A DNA stretch of 63,843 nt, the filler included, from Craspedostauros australis (taxonomy: Eukaryota): NCBI GenBank assembly GCA_030167865.1. It is 21 parts of 21 records of this genome, joined end to end, with 100 filler letters (N's around TTAATTAATTAA, not from the genome) between each part and the next. Parts side by side here need not be neighbours in the genome. Positions count along the whole stretch, not along the records: positions 11,567 to 13,864 come from JALAGF010005159.1; positions 13,965 to 16,524 come from JALAGF010005160.1; positions 16,625 to 22,599 come from JALAGF010005161.1; positions 22,700 to 25,446 come from JALAGF010005162.1; 17 more parts are not named here. The stretch is one strand, 5' to 3'. Shown here piece after piece: positions 11,467 through 23,106 of this stretch; the stretch's first letter is position 1, and each line of letters opens with the position of its first letter. A program made the translations under genes and the position numbers. The notes under the pieces were generated by a model, which saw nothing but the letters and a program-made list of their open reading frames with translations, did not search any database and was not told the DNA's origin.

Positions 11467-12954
11467 NNNNNNNNNNNNNNNNNNNNNNNNNNNNNNNNNN
11501 NNNNNNNNNNTTAATTAATTAANNNNNNNNNNNNNNNNNNNNNNNNNNNNNNNNNNNNNNNNNNNNCAACAACGACGCCATTGTGGCCATCGACCATATG
11601 CTCAATGTGTGCTGAGTAGAGGAACACTGTGCAGTTTGGTATTGACAGCGCTATCAACGACCATGAGACACTGTCATGGCATGAACACACCAATGAAGCC
11701 ATCCACCAACCTACTCCACTAACGCATGCCACAGCATCATCAGCGGGCTTCTCTTCTCAAGTGGCCTATCGCCGCAATACATGCAATGCTGTGTNNNNNN
11801 NNNNNNNNNNNNNNNNNNNNNNNNNNNNNNNNNNNNNNNNNNNNTGTGGCATTCCATGTATTTGAAGAAGCGACTATGGCACTCGCCTGTTGCCACATGC
11901 CACATGAGGCCTACCATGGTAGAGTCCCAATTGTGTACACCTACGGGCTCTTGGCTCCAGGATGTTTGCGCGCAAACCTGGGCAGCCAAGGGCAAAGCTG
12001 CATCGGCACTCCTGTGATGGCGTTTTCCTGGGATACACTGCTACAGCGTCCAACATTGAGTAGAACGNNNNNNNNNNNNNNNNNNNNNNNNNNNNNNNNN
12101 NNNNNNNNNNNNNNNNNNNNNNNNNNNNNNNNNNNNAGCGATCGCCAGGGCCGCAGCTCCTGTACAACCTTGTCCTTCAGGAACATCAACCCGATGCAGT
12201 TGCCATCCCGGCTGTGCTTCCTATCCTGCAACACGAGCTCCATCCCGTGACTGCGTCAAGATTGCAGCGCGCATGCCTTTGCCACTTGGAGAGCTTGCGA
12301 ACATCCCCACGCATGCGTCAGCGGCCATCCTGCATACGACTGTCCCTTCTGATCCAGATTCAGTCCTGGGGTCCATTTTATCGGTGATTCGTTCGGCGTA
12401 AGTTTCCAATGCATCGTGTCCCTTTCCGGGAGCGATGACACCCTTGGGCTTGACCTCCAGATGGACAACATTGTCGGAATGCGTGTACTCGGATGTGTAT
12501 GCATCAGTCACACTTGCATGCCATCAAGAATATTTGGTGGCAGAATCACGACCCAAAACTAATGACGTCACAACGATACCACCACGATACCACGAGGATA
12601 CTACGATACTACAATACCAGGATACCACGATACCAGCAGATACCACAGTATCCACCACATGTGACGTCATCTCAAGGCCTTGCCTACCAGGTCTACAGGA
12701 ATGAAATATGTTTTAAATGATCCATCAGATTCCATCAATCATCAGATTCAACAAAACCTGAGAACGGAACAACGACGAGACAACGAGAGAGAAACAACAA
12801 CACAACAATCAAGTCAACATCAACGAGCAACAAGGAGAGCAATGTGCATGGAGGTGCAAGAGTATTGCACCAGCAATGAGAGCAAGGAAGAGATGGATCA
12901 AGAGAGCATCTTGATCATCTCATTCCGCACGCTCGCTCATCAACAATCGATATC

Positions 12955-13730
12955 AGTAACAGTAACAAGTAACGGAAACACTTACAGCCAAAGAGTGTGA
13001 CTACTACAAATTCTCCATGCGCGGAGCCTTCCAACACTCTCTCTCTCTCTCTCTCTCCATGTTATCACTGCACGATACTCTGTATTCGATACGTACTCAA
13101 TTGTCCTGTCTCATATTGACCTACTACTTCATGCGGAGTTTTCAATGTCTTGCTTGAACTCCTCCTTTACATATCCATGATCTCCANNNNNNNNNNNNNN
13201 NNNNNNNNNNNNNNNNNNNNNNNNNNNNNNNNNNNNATTCCAGTAACAGTAACAAGCAACGGAAACACTTTCAGCAAAGAGTGTTGACTACTACCGATTC
13301 TCCATGTGCAGAGCCTTCCACCACACACTCTCTCTCTCTCTCTCCATGATATCACTGCGCGATACTATGTATTTGATATGTAATCAATCGTCCTGTCTCA
13401 TATTGACCTACTACTTCATGCGGAGTTTTCAATGTCTTGCTTGAACTCCTCCTTTACATATCCATGATCTCCATGANNNNNNNNNNNNNNNNNNNNNNNN
13501 NNNNNNNNNNNNNNNNNNNNNNNNNNNNNNNNNNNNNNNNNNNNNNNNNNNNNNNNNNNNNNNNNNNNNNNNNNNNNNNNNNNNNNNNNNNNNNNNNNNN
13601 NNNNNNNNNNNNNNNNNNNNNNNNNNNNNNNNNNNNNNNNNNNNNNNNNNNNNNNNNNNNNNNNNNNNNNNNNNNNNNNNNNNNNNGAATGGATGGACAG
13701 ACCAAATATCTGATGCTCTCAGATAATGTT
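12955..13730 (-). mobile_element. Diverged relative of LTR family A, partly duplicated across a gap
   Basis: Collinear short matches to 37003-37405: CT run, CACGATACTCTGTATTCGATACGTACTC vs CACGATACTCCGTGTTCGATGCGTACTC, TATCCATGAT, and ATGGATGGAC...CTCTCAGA. Confidence 0.5.
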
Positions 13731-14902
13731 GTTCACCCATTGCCTTCCGAAATGGTGAACACATTGGCGCGCGTGAATTCGTGATGTGATTCACTCAATC
13801 ACGCTTCATTGATGACACGAATGTTAGCGCCATTTGCACAGAGAGTACAAGAGAACAATGGGTGNNNNNNNNNNNNNNNNNNNNNNNNNNNNNNNNNNNN
13901 NNNNNNNNTTAATTAATTAANNNNNNNNNNNNNNNNNNNNNNNNNNNNNNNNNNNNNNNNNNNNGAGGCCATCACCAACGCGCCCACGAAGTCTCAGGCT
14001 CGGGGAGGACCAGGAAGGCATCCGCGCGGAGGAATCGGTGGAGGGCAAGAGTTTTGTTGGTGGGGTCGCGGTGTACCTGGCATGCGTCTTTCTCAGTGAG
14101 GGGGCAGCATCATCGAGCTGCCCAATCACCAAGTCACCCATACAAGGCCCGTGCGGCATCGCCTGAAGATGCATGTCGCGGAGTTCGAGCTGCTGCAATG
14201 GTCTGGAAGAGGCTGTGGCATGGAATGAGTGCAGACTGGTCCGTTTTGGTGGGGCACCCCAAAACACCAGTGCCATCACCAAATGGAGGTGTGCCATCGG
14301 GACTATCCATGCCCATCCCACTCTGGATGCATCAGCATGTCGAAAGGGAGTGTGGAAATGCACGAGGGGCGCATGGAGGGGCTGAAAGGGTCATGTGGAT
14401 GTGATATGGATCCGTATCCACACTGCATCCGGCTTGCAAATCGTTTTTTGACATCGCTCTTTTTCAGTGTATGGACACTTTGGGGTATGCAATGTGGCAG
14501 AAATGTTCTGTCCTTCATGGAGTGGATAGATGGAGAGCATACAGATCCATTGTGATGCGCAGTTTGCCAAAATACAAGCATGATCATGATGATCATGAGT
14601 GCTGAGTGGAGGGCAACATTGCTTGATCGAATTTTTTTTTCCATCCACCACGCAACTGTGTGGTGGACCAACATGAAATTAAAAAAAACTTCTATGTCAA
14701 TTTAACTTCAATATTCTGTATAACCGATAGTCAGGCGTATGAATGCACTGTTTAGATTTGATTTCACACGATGTGGTGTTGAGATATAGCATGATAAGCA
14801 GATATTTGGATGGTTTTTGGATGCTCTCTACGTTAGTCTACGTATCACGACCCATCGCCCACAAAACTCCACAACTAGCGTTATCGCGGTGATGCACACC
14901 CA

Positions 14903-16524
14903 TCACAAAATTTCCGTCTCATCACCCAACACAGCCTCACTTTCTGTGTTGGCCTTCATTGTGTGAGCATCACACCACATCTGNNNNNNNNNNNNNNNNN
15001 NNNNNNNNNNNNNNNNNNNNNNNNNNNNNNNNNNNNNNNNNNNNNNNNNNNNNNNNNNNNNNNNNNNNNNNNNNNNNNNNNNNNNNNNNNNNNNNNNNNN
15101 NNNNNNNNNNNNNNNNNNNNNNNNNGCAGCCTCCTTCTTCTGTTTGCGTTGTTTGGCACTGTACGCTGCAAACAGCGACGCTTTCACGCGCATGGGGTGA
15201 GCATGCAGTTGTACGTACCAGTCAGTTTTGGTCCGTTCATCGTCCATCAATTGCTCGTGTGCTTCGTGTTCGGATGGTCTGTTTTTCGGGTCCTTCGCGG
15301 ACGCTTCACTGATGTCNNNNNNNNNNNNNNNNNNNNNNNNNNNNNNNNNNNNNNNNNNNNNNNNNNTTCGTGTTCGGATGGTCTGTTTTTCGGGTCCTTC
15401 GCGGACGCTTCACTGATGTCCTTCAATTTGTCCGCGATGTAGTCTGGTAGCTTCGCTGGTTTGCGTGTTGTTTTGCTCGCCCAGCCTTGCACAGCGAGCG
15501 GTGGGTGTTCTGTTTCTGCNGTTTGGTCTTGTAACGCCGTGGTGTGATCATACGGCAGGTTTCCTTGTGCATCNTCGATGGCTTTGCCGAACGCCAGCCC
15601 CTTGCTCTCTGCCGCTGTGCGCCCGAGTTTTCGCGTCTTGTCCGTCTTCCTGAATGATTCGGACGTAATTGCCGGCTTGTCGGACGTGAACGTTCTGTCC
15701 TCGAGGACACCCAGCTCGTTGATCGCCCAGCCTTCCCATTCGGCGCTCTTGACCACAACATCTTCAGTGATGCCAGACGCGGCCACCAGTCGTGCCTGGT
15801 CATCGCCGTACTTCACCTCGTGAGTCATACGTACCTGTTGCCCACTTGCGCGGAATCGTCGTTTTGGTGCGCCAGGAAGCGTGGTGATGTTGNNNNNNNN
15901 NNNNNNNNNNNNNNNNNNNNNNNNNNNNNNNNNNNNNNNNNNCATACGTACCTGTTGCCCACTTGCGCGGAATCGTCGTTTTGGTGCGCCAGGAAGCGTG
16001 GTGATGTTGCCTTGGAGGGATGACGCATTGACTAGCACCGTTGTCGTACCTGCGATGCCACCAGCTTTCAGTGCTTCGTAGAGTTGGCGGGCGGTCTTGA
16101 TGTCACGTCCGCTTTGCACGTATTTTCGCAGTACACGTGTGATGAACGCGAAGTGGGTGTCCAACATGCTCTTACCGGTTTGGGCCTCTGTGTAGATCCA
16201 TGCGATGATTTTGGCCGCCTTTCGTGTCACAAGGTTCTTGTTGAGTACCGATGTGATGAGCGCGATGTGCTCGTGACTGGCNAAGCAACACGCGTTATCG
16301 CTCTGTAGGATNATNTCAGTCANGGATGGGAGAATNTCTTTGACCNTTTTTTGCANNATGTCAAGTAGTCCACCAACTTGAAGTGTGTCTTGTGTCGGTC
16401 TTCCGCCGACCACAATGTCAATGAATCGATAAGTAAAAATGTCGTTTTCGCACGTGATGACCATTGCCCCGAGCAGTGACATCCCCTTCTTCCCCCAATA
16501 TTCTTGTTGGGCTTCGCCTTGGCC
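14903..16524 (-). mobile_element. Sola-like DDD transposase, copy 2 (partial)
   Basis: GQGEAQQEYWGKKGMSLLGAMVIT, LQSDNACC, YTEAQTGKSMLDTHF, AKDPKNRPSEHEAHE; clearly homologous to 7529-9277. Confidence 0.75.
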
Positions 16525-16760
16525 NNNNNNNNNNNNNNNNNNNNNNNNNNNNNNNNNNNNNNNNNNNNTTAATTAATTAANNNNNNNNNNNNNNNNNNNN
16601 NNNNNNNNNNNNNNNNNNNNNNNNACACAGAGTGCGAAACCGACACGCTTGCGCTCATTTTGTGGATGTGCACTTGACTCAATGAGAGAGAGTAGAGTAG
16701 GGTTGATTGTATTAATAAGTAATGGTGCTATCCATTTAATTCACAACTACTGCTGATCAA

Positions 16761-17680
16761 CTATACATTGAATATTGCAGCCCCGTTGTCCATCTGATAT
16801 TGAACAATCACACAAACTGCGACCATCACATGTTCATACAGCTCGCTTCCGTGTCGGAATGTATGGCCAAGACTGTTGAAGAACTTCAACCGTCCATTGA
16901 ACGTCTCATGACGACAACGAGCNNNNNNNNNNNNNNNNNNNNNNNNNNNNNNNNNNNNNNNNNNNNNNNNNNGGGAGAGAAAGGAGCTTGCGTTCTTGTG
17001 GTCTGCTGGTGGCATACCCTCTGTCGGCAATCGCGAGTTTGCCTGGCTTCAGCTTGTGCATCAGACCACTCCGGAAAATCGTCATGTCGTGTTCGCCGCC
17101 TCGGTGTGGCCCACTGATCCACACGCACTTTGCTCCAAAAACCGACATCGCGAGTTCGTACTTCACTGCTCCNNNNNNNNNNNNNNNNNNNNNNNNNNNN
17201 NNNNNNNNNNNNNNNNNNNNNNNNNNNNNNNNNNNNNNNNNNNNNNNNNNNNNNNNNNNNNNNNNNNNNNNNNNNNNNNNNNNNNNNNNNNNNNNNNNNT
17301 GCTGGGTCCCAGACAATTTTTTTGGACTTCAGCGAGGCGATGCGGCGAATCCATTTCCACAATGGCTCTCCACGGCAGTATCGCTCACACACCCCAAAAC
17401 GCGATGCCAGGATGCTCGCGTTCTTTGGGTATGTCCAAAGGAAGTGGTGTGCCATCATGAAGAGCTTGAATCCTGAGGGTGACTTCTCTTTGGCTGAGAG
17501 CTTGGCACCATCGAATGAGTCTGAATTCATGTCAAACCACATTTCTGACAGGTCCAGCGGTGAAGACCCGTAGTGTTGACGGAATGCTTTTGTGCGTTGG
17601 TCGATGGATGCGGCGCTCTGAAAATGTTGGCCAGTGTACTGGAGACCAATGGTCATGACGTCGGTGGTGGTCAGTAACAT
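16761..17680 (-). mobile_element. PIF/Harbinger/ISL2EU-like DDE transposase (DDE_Tnp_4-like)
   Basis: Joining frames across gaps gives ...KYELAMSV..CVWISGPHRGGEHDMTIFR..AIADRGY..ARCRHETFNGRLKFF..TFRH, matching the GxxHD / ADxGY / RxxxExxxGRLKxF pattern. The first catalytic Asp presumably lies in gap 17173-17300. Confidence 0.85.
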
Positions 17681-18303
17681 GATGTGAGTGTTGCTTCTCA
17701 ACTGATGATTTGTGAGTGTGGTTGATCAACCTCGGCTGCATCAAATCAAGCCAGTTCCTGTTGTGTTCCATCGCTTGCTTGTTCTTGGAACTGGTCGCAG
17801 TAGCGCAGCAGCAGTCGCCATTCGAATGACACCGGCAGTAGCAACAGTACCATCAGTAACAGTAGCAACAGCAGTAGCTGTTGCAGCGATAGAAACAGTA
17901 GCCACAGTCGGACTAGCAACATAGTACCAATCCTTGCAACCGTATTCAGAATTGCAGTTGGAACCATCACAATGGCAGTCGTAGTAACAACAAGAGTAGT
18001 AGTCGTTGTCATAGTTGTTGAGTTCTTCTTGTTCTACAGTAGACCCGCTTGGCCGTTAGTTGGCGACGATTTAGTCATCACACGCAAGTCCACACACAAG
18101 GTCATGTGTTGCTGCTATCGATTGCTAGTATGTGAGTATCGCCAATCACGTTGCCAGGACTGATCCGTCTTGACAAGAACAAGAGCTCGCAGCGACGCGA
18201 CTCAGCTCGACGAAATGCAGCAGACCACAGCTGGTACTCTCATCCAACAACCGCGAGTCACTCTATACTGGTATTGCTTCCCCATAGTATCACATACCCG
18301 ACC

Positions 18304-18939
18304 ATGAGCAAGGTGACAGCAGCAAAAACGGAGACCAAGCTTGGCAGGGAGGTGCGCTTCTGCGCAGGAAAGTACCAAGGGAAGGTTGGATGGCTCGACG
18401 CATCCAAAGAGCCAACACCGAAGAAAGTGTACGTGTTTGTGGACTTGGGCCAAGGAAAACACAAGCACACCATTGTCAGCCAGACGAGCGTCGCACCACG
18501 CNNNNNNNNNNNNNNNNNNNNNNNNNNNNNNNNNNNNNNNNNNNNNNNNNNGACCAAGCTTGGCAGGGAGGTGCGCTTCTGCGCAGGAAAGTACCAAGGG
18601 AAGGTTGGATGGCTCGACGCATCCAAAGAGCCAACGCCGAAGAAAGTGTACGTGTTTGTGGACTTGGGCCAAGGAAAACACAAGCACACCATTGTCAGCC
18701 AGACGAGCGTCGCACCACGCCACACCAAGCCTGAAACATACGGCGAGGCGATTTTCCAACAGCACGAGGACATCGAGAGAGCAGCTGACCACTTGGTGAA
18801 AATGCTTGCAGAGTGTTCGATCAGTGGATTTACCGAAGACATTGGCACCATCCTGACCGCCAAGATGACGGCTGCTCACAGTCGCCAAGAGAGTCTCGGC
18901 AGCAAGGCGAAATGGAGAAAGGTCCAATTCGAGAAGTGA
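18304..18939 (+). CDS. Small hypothetical protein with a KOW-like motif (~138 aa after removing a gap-flanking duplication)
   Basis: GREVRFCAGKYQGKVGWL resembles the KOW consensus VxxxxGxYxGxxGxV; the C-terminus looks helical. 18552-18720 duplicates 18333-18501. Confidence 0.6.
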   Translation: MSKVTAAKTETKLGREVRFCAGKYQGKVGWLDASKEPTPKKVYVFVDLGQGKHKHTIVSQTSVAPRXXXXXXXXXXXXXXXXXTKLGREVRFCAGKYQGKVGWLDASKEPTPKKVYVFVDLGQGKHKHTIVSQTSVAPRHTKPETYGEAIFQQHEDIERAADHLVKMLAECSISGFTEDIGTILTAKMTAAHSRQESLGSKAKWRKVQFEK

Positions 18940-19073
18940 ATCAGAGAACACAACGAACTTGCGCGATCGTTGCGAACCAACAAACAGACGGAAAGACAAC
19001 CAGCAACACTCAACAAAGCACAAGTAACCTCAATTAGTCTTATTATCAATTAACCACAACACACAAAATGCAA

Positions 19074-20682
19074 TCAGGCGCCCGTCTTCTTCTTCTTGTT
19101 CTTCTTCTTCTTGAAGAGCCCACCAGCGGTCGTTTTAGTCTTATCCTTGGTGTTGCGAACGCCACCATCCAAACCAATTCTCCAATAAATGATCAACCCA
19201 GTCAGCACACTGCCTTCATCAAATCCGAACTCGTTCGCGTCTGCTTCGAGTGGGATGTGGTCTTCTTTGAGTGTCGCGTTGTTGTTGGAGAACACAGTGT
19301 TGTCAAGACGGACAACATCTGGAAAAACCAACCAATAGAAACAAGTGACACGTCCCTGTGCTTCGTCGATTGCGACTTGTGTGGACTGGTGAGCGAGCTT
19401 GGTGGCACCGCACTCCAGGTCTTCGTGGTACCGTTCACGATCACGGGTCCAGAAGTCAACAGAAGGGCCCTCAATTTGGATGACACGGCCTGCCAACTCT
19501 GCTTNNNNNNNNNNNNNNNNNNNNNNNNNNNNNNNNNNNNNNNNNNNNNNNNNNNNNNNNNNNNNNNNNNNNNNNNNNNNNNNNNNNTCATTGTGGTTGA
19601 TGCCAGACACGTGTTGCACGTTGAACTCACGGTTGCGCTCAGGATGGTCCACACTGACCATCGTGATGAATGGGCGATTGCGTGTTCCTTGCTGCTCTTG
19701 GACGAGCGTTTCGAGCGATTCGAGACTTGCCGCGGATGGGGAGATGCTGGCAGTATCCACAGCACCAGGTGGCGTGAACAGAGCTCTTGCGGTCATTGTA
19801 GTGTATGGGCGAAGTAGAGGTGATTGAAGAGAATTGTCGNNNNNNNNNNNNNNNNNNNNNNNNNNNNNNNNNNNNNNNNNNNNNNNNNNACTCTGCTTCG
19901 GTTGCTGGGATTGTTGCTTTCCATTCATTGAAGTCTGGTGGCGGGATGGATTTGGAAATATGGAAAGCGTTCACCGTGTGATCATTGTGGTTGATGCCAG
20001 ACACGTGTTGCACGTTGAACTCACGGTTGCGCTCAGGATGGTCCACACTGACCATCGTGATGAATGGGCGATTGCGTGTTCCTTGCTGCTCTTGNNNNNN
20101 NNNNNNNNNNNNNNNNNNNNNNNNNNNNNNNNNNNNNNNNNNNNNNNNNNNNNNNNNNNNNNNNNNNNTGAACAGAGCTCTTGCGGTCATTGTAGTGTAT
20201 GGGCGAAGTAGAGGTGATTGAAGAGAATTGTCGCAAGATTGTTGGGGGCGAGAGAAGCTGGGAGTCGCCCTTGTGGATGGTGGCGAAGTTACCCGTAGAC
20301 GGCTAAATGCAGAGGTGAGGTCGTCTTCGTCTGTGTTTTGTATGATGGCAGCAGCAGCGGCAACAGCGGTGGCGGTAGCGGCTGAGGAGGTTGTCGCTGG
20401 TGTTGCAGTAGTCGTTGTCACTGGAGTGTGGATCTTGGTCTTGCTGGTTGGATCGATTCCAAGCCTTGCCAACAGCTTCTCGTATCCTTTCGGTGTGAGC
20501 CTCTGGATGTCGGAGAAGCGTTTCTGAACTGCTCTGCGCTTGATTGTCCCAGACAGCCCGTACACGGTTGGGTTGGAGTTGCAAACTTCTCGTAGGTTGA
20601 TCAGGTTGAGAGGGATCGGGGAGTTCTGGATCTCCTGAAGCAAAAGTTTGAGCACAGCATCTTCGACAACAGGGAGTGTCAT
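19074..20682 (-). CDS. Hypothetical protein (~400 aa after collapsing duplication)
   Basis: Helical N-domain (VCNSNPTVYG..KRRAVQKRFSDIQR), Thr/Ala/Ser linker, globular C-domain (VSVDHPERNREFNV..YWRIG) and a basic NLS-like tail KKKKNKKKK. 19588-19839 duplicates sequence at 19982-20233. Confidence 0.65.
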
Positions 20683-21872
20683 GTTTGGTGCTACATGTAT
20701 TACTAGATGCAACCTGCAATTTGTGCGATGTCTGGTTGCAAAATGGTCGAGCTGCAGCCTAGATGCATGTCAAAGTTGACGCTCATCACCTCCATGGCAT
20801 CGTCATTGCTTTCGCAAAAGCTACGACATAGCATTGCTTCAATACCTGCCTCAGCATTGCTCCATAGAACTTTCTTACATAGACAAGACAACAACAAACC
20901 ACATAGCATTGGATCGGCACTATGGACAAAGACAATTCAAGAAACTTCGTGGTTAATGATGGACATCATGGTGATTGCCCCACATGCATCGATAGATCGT
21001 GTCTCGTATGCTACACTCTGTTCAACAGTAGAAGAACAGCACGAGGTTTCCGCACAATGCTGATTGGAACAAGAGCTCGAATCTGCCCCACTCACGTCCT
21101 CCTGTCTGGACCACTGCAAATGAGTCATAAATTCAACAATGCCAAAGTCAACTCAACCTGGTTGGATCGATTGGAGGAAGAGCCCAGCGCGGGCAATCCT
21201 GATGGAGGATTTGGAACCTGGCGGAGTATTGTACAACAAAGAGTATCCTGCTGAGGTTGCATTCGAGGTCTATCGCGACACGCCTGAATTTGCTGGTGTG
21301 GTGTTTGGTCAATTCAAGGCACGATACAACGACTACAAGAAGAAAGCCAGCGAGCGGCATGTAAGATCGTGCTTGGAACGCAGAGCGCTTGAACGTGATC
21401 GTGCAATGCATCCAAGAGCATCAACCAACAACATGGGACAGCCAGTATTCGACATGTCTGAGGCAAAGGCACTGCTTGCTGATGATGTCAAGAACAACCG
21501 ACACACTCAACTGCCACCTTCCGAGTTCCAAAAGACACGCAAGGAGTACATGCANNNNNNNNNNNNNNNNNNNNNNNNNNNNNNNNNNNNNNNNNNNNNN
21601 NNNNTTTCTTACATAGACAAGACAACAACAAACCACATAGCATTGGATCGGCACTATGGACAATGACAATTCAAGAAACTTCGTGGTTCATGATGGACGT
21701 CATGGTGATTGCCCCCCATGCATCGATAGCTCGCGTTTCGTATTCTACACTCTGTTCAACAGTAGAAGAACAGGACGAGGTTTCCACACAATGCTGATTG
21801 AAACAAGAGCTCGNATCTGCCCCACTCACATCCTCCTGTCTGGACCACTGCAAATGAGTCATAAATCCAACA

Positions 21873-22397
21873 ATGCCAAAGTCAACTCAACCTGGTTGGA
21901 TCGATTGGAGGAAGAGCCCAGCGCGGGCAATCCTAATGGAGGATTTGGAACCCGGTGGAGTATTGTACAACAAAGAGTATCCTGCTGAGGTTGCATTCGA
22001 GGTCTATCGCGACACGCCTGAATTTGCTGGTGTGGTGTTTGGTCAATTCAAAGCACGATACAATGACTACAAGAAGAAAGCCAGCGAGCGGCATGTAAGA
22101 TCGTGCTTGGAACGCAGAGCGCTTGAACGTGATCGTGCAATGCATCCAAGAGCATCAACCAACAACATGGGACAGCCAGTATTCGACATGTCTGAGGCAA
22201 AGGCACTGCTTGCTGATGATGTCAAGAACAACCGACACACTCAACTGCCACCTTCCGAGTTCCAAAAGACACGCAAGGAGTACATGCAGTTTAACAAGGA
22301 CGTGTTTCGCCATCGAATTTATCAGGAGGTCCGCCATCAGAAGTTTATTCATTACCTCGCGATCCANCAAGCATCGAAGAAGAAGAGCTCCAAGTGA
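21873..22397 (+). CDS. 174-aa hypothetical protein with an internal two-fold repeat, possibly DNA-binding
   Basis: Complete ORF whose halves align: WRKSPARAILMEDL..PEF..FKARY vs FDMSEAKALLADDV..KEY..FRHRI. A near-identical partial copy lies at 21139-21554 across an N gap. Confidence 0.7.
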   Translation: MPKSTQPGWIDWRKSPARAILMEDLEPGGVLYNKEYPAEVAFEVYRDTPEFAGVVFGQFKARYNDYKKKASERHVRSCLERRALERDRAMHPRASTNNMGQPVFDMSEAKALLADDVKNNRHTQLPPSEFQKTRKEYMQFNKDVFRHRIYQEVRHQKFIHYLAIXQASKKKSSK

Positions 22398-23106
22398 GTC
22401 GAATGACCATCAAGCAACACTCTCCAGATTAACCTATTATAGTTCAATACCAATCAGCAAAACAAAGAACAAGCTCAATCAGTTGTCTTTTTTCGTGCGA
22501 TGTTGTGTGATGTTGTGTGATGTGGTGTGGTGTGATGTGATGTGATGTGATGTGAGGCGAAATGATGTGAGGCAAAATGGCACGAGGCGAAATGGGGTGN
22601 NNNNNNNNNNNNNNNNNNNNNNNNNNNNNNNNNNNNNNNNNNNTTAATTAATTAANNNNNNNNNNNNNNNNNNNNNNNNNNNNNNNNNNNNNNNNNNNNA
22701 ATACAACCATGTCATTCACTTGACCAATAGACGAAACAGAATTGGATGCGGGTCTTTGGAAGACAGTCGGTCGCTATTGGACCAAAACGCAGCAAGTTTC
22801 TGTACCAGAACGTCGTAGACTCTACGTGGTTACCAATGCTTACCAACGAAAAAATTCCGAAATCACGTCCGTACGTCGTCCGTGTGAAAAAGGCCGATAA
22901 AGGGTAAAAAGAGGCATCGAGATNNNNNNNNNNNNNNNNNNNNNNNNNNNNNNNNNNNNNNNNNNNNNNNNNNCTCACTCTCCTCTTTCTAATAATGTAA
23001 AGATGTCAGGAAACGGGCATCAACTCATCAAATGGCAGCTTGTGCCGTCGGCGATATCCCTAATGAGATTTTGGGCCCCCGATGTGACAAATTTGGCACT
23101 TCACAT

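Noticed and set aside
11566..12510. Possible decayed coding region
   Set aside because: Several short frames with stops and no recognisable motif; no product can be supported.
18333..21872. Tandem domain or gene duplications flanking ~50-N gaps (also near 13190, 15320, 15900, 25760, 38630, 39750, 43900, 44510, 56380, 59160 and 62550)
   Set aside because: Near-identical sequence on both sides of fixed-size gaps is a typical scaffolding artefact from unmerged overlaps or alleles; it cannot be taken as real duplication without reads.
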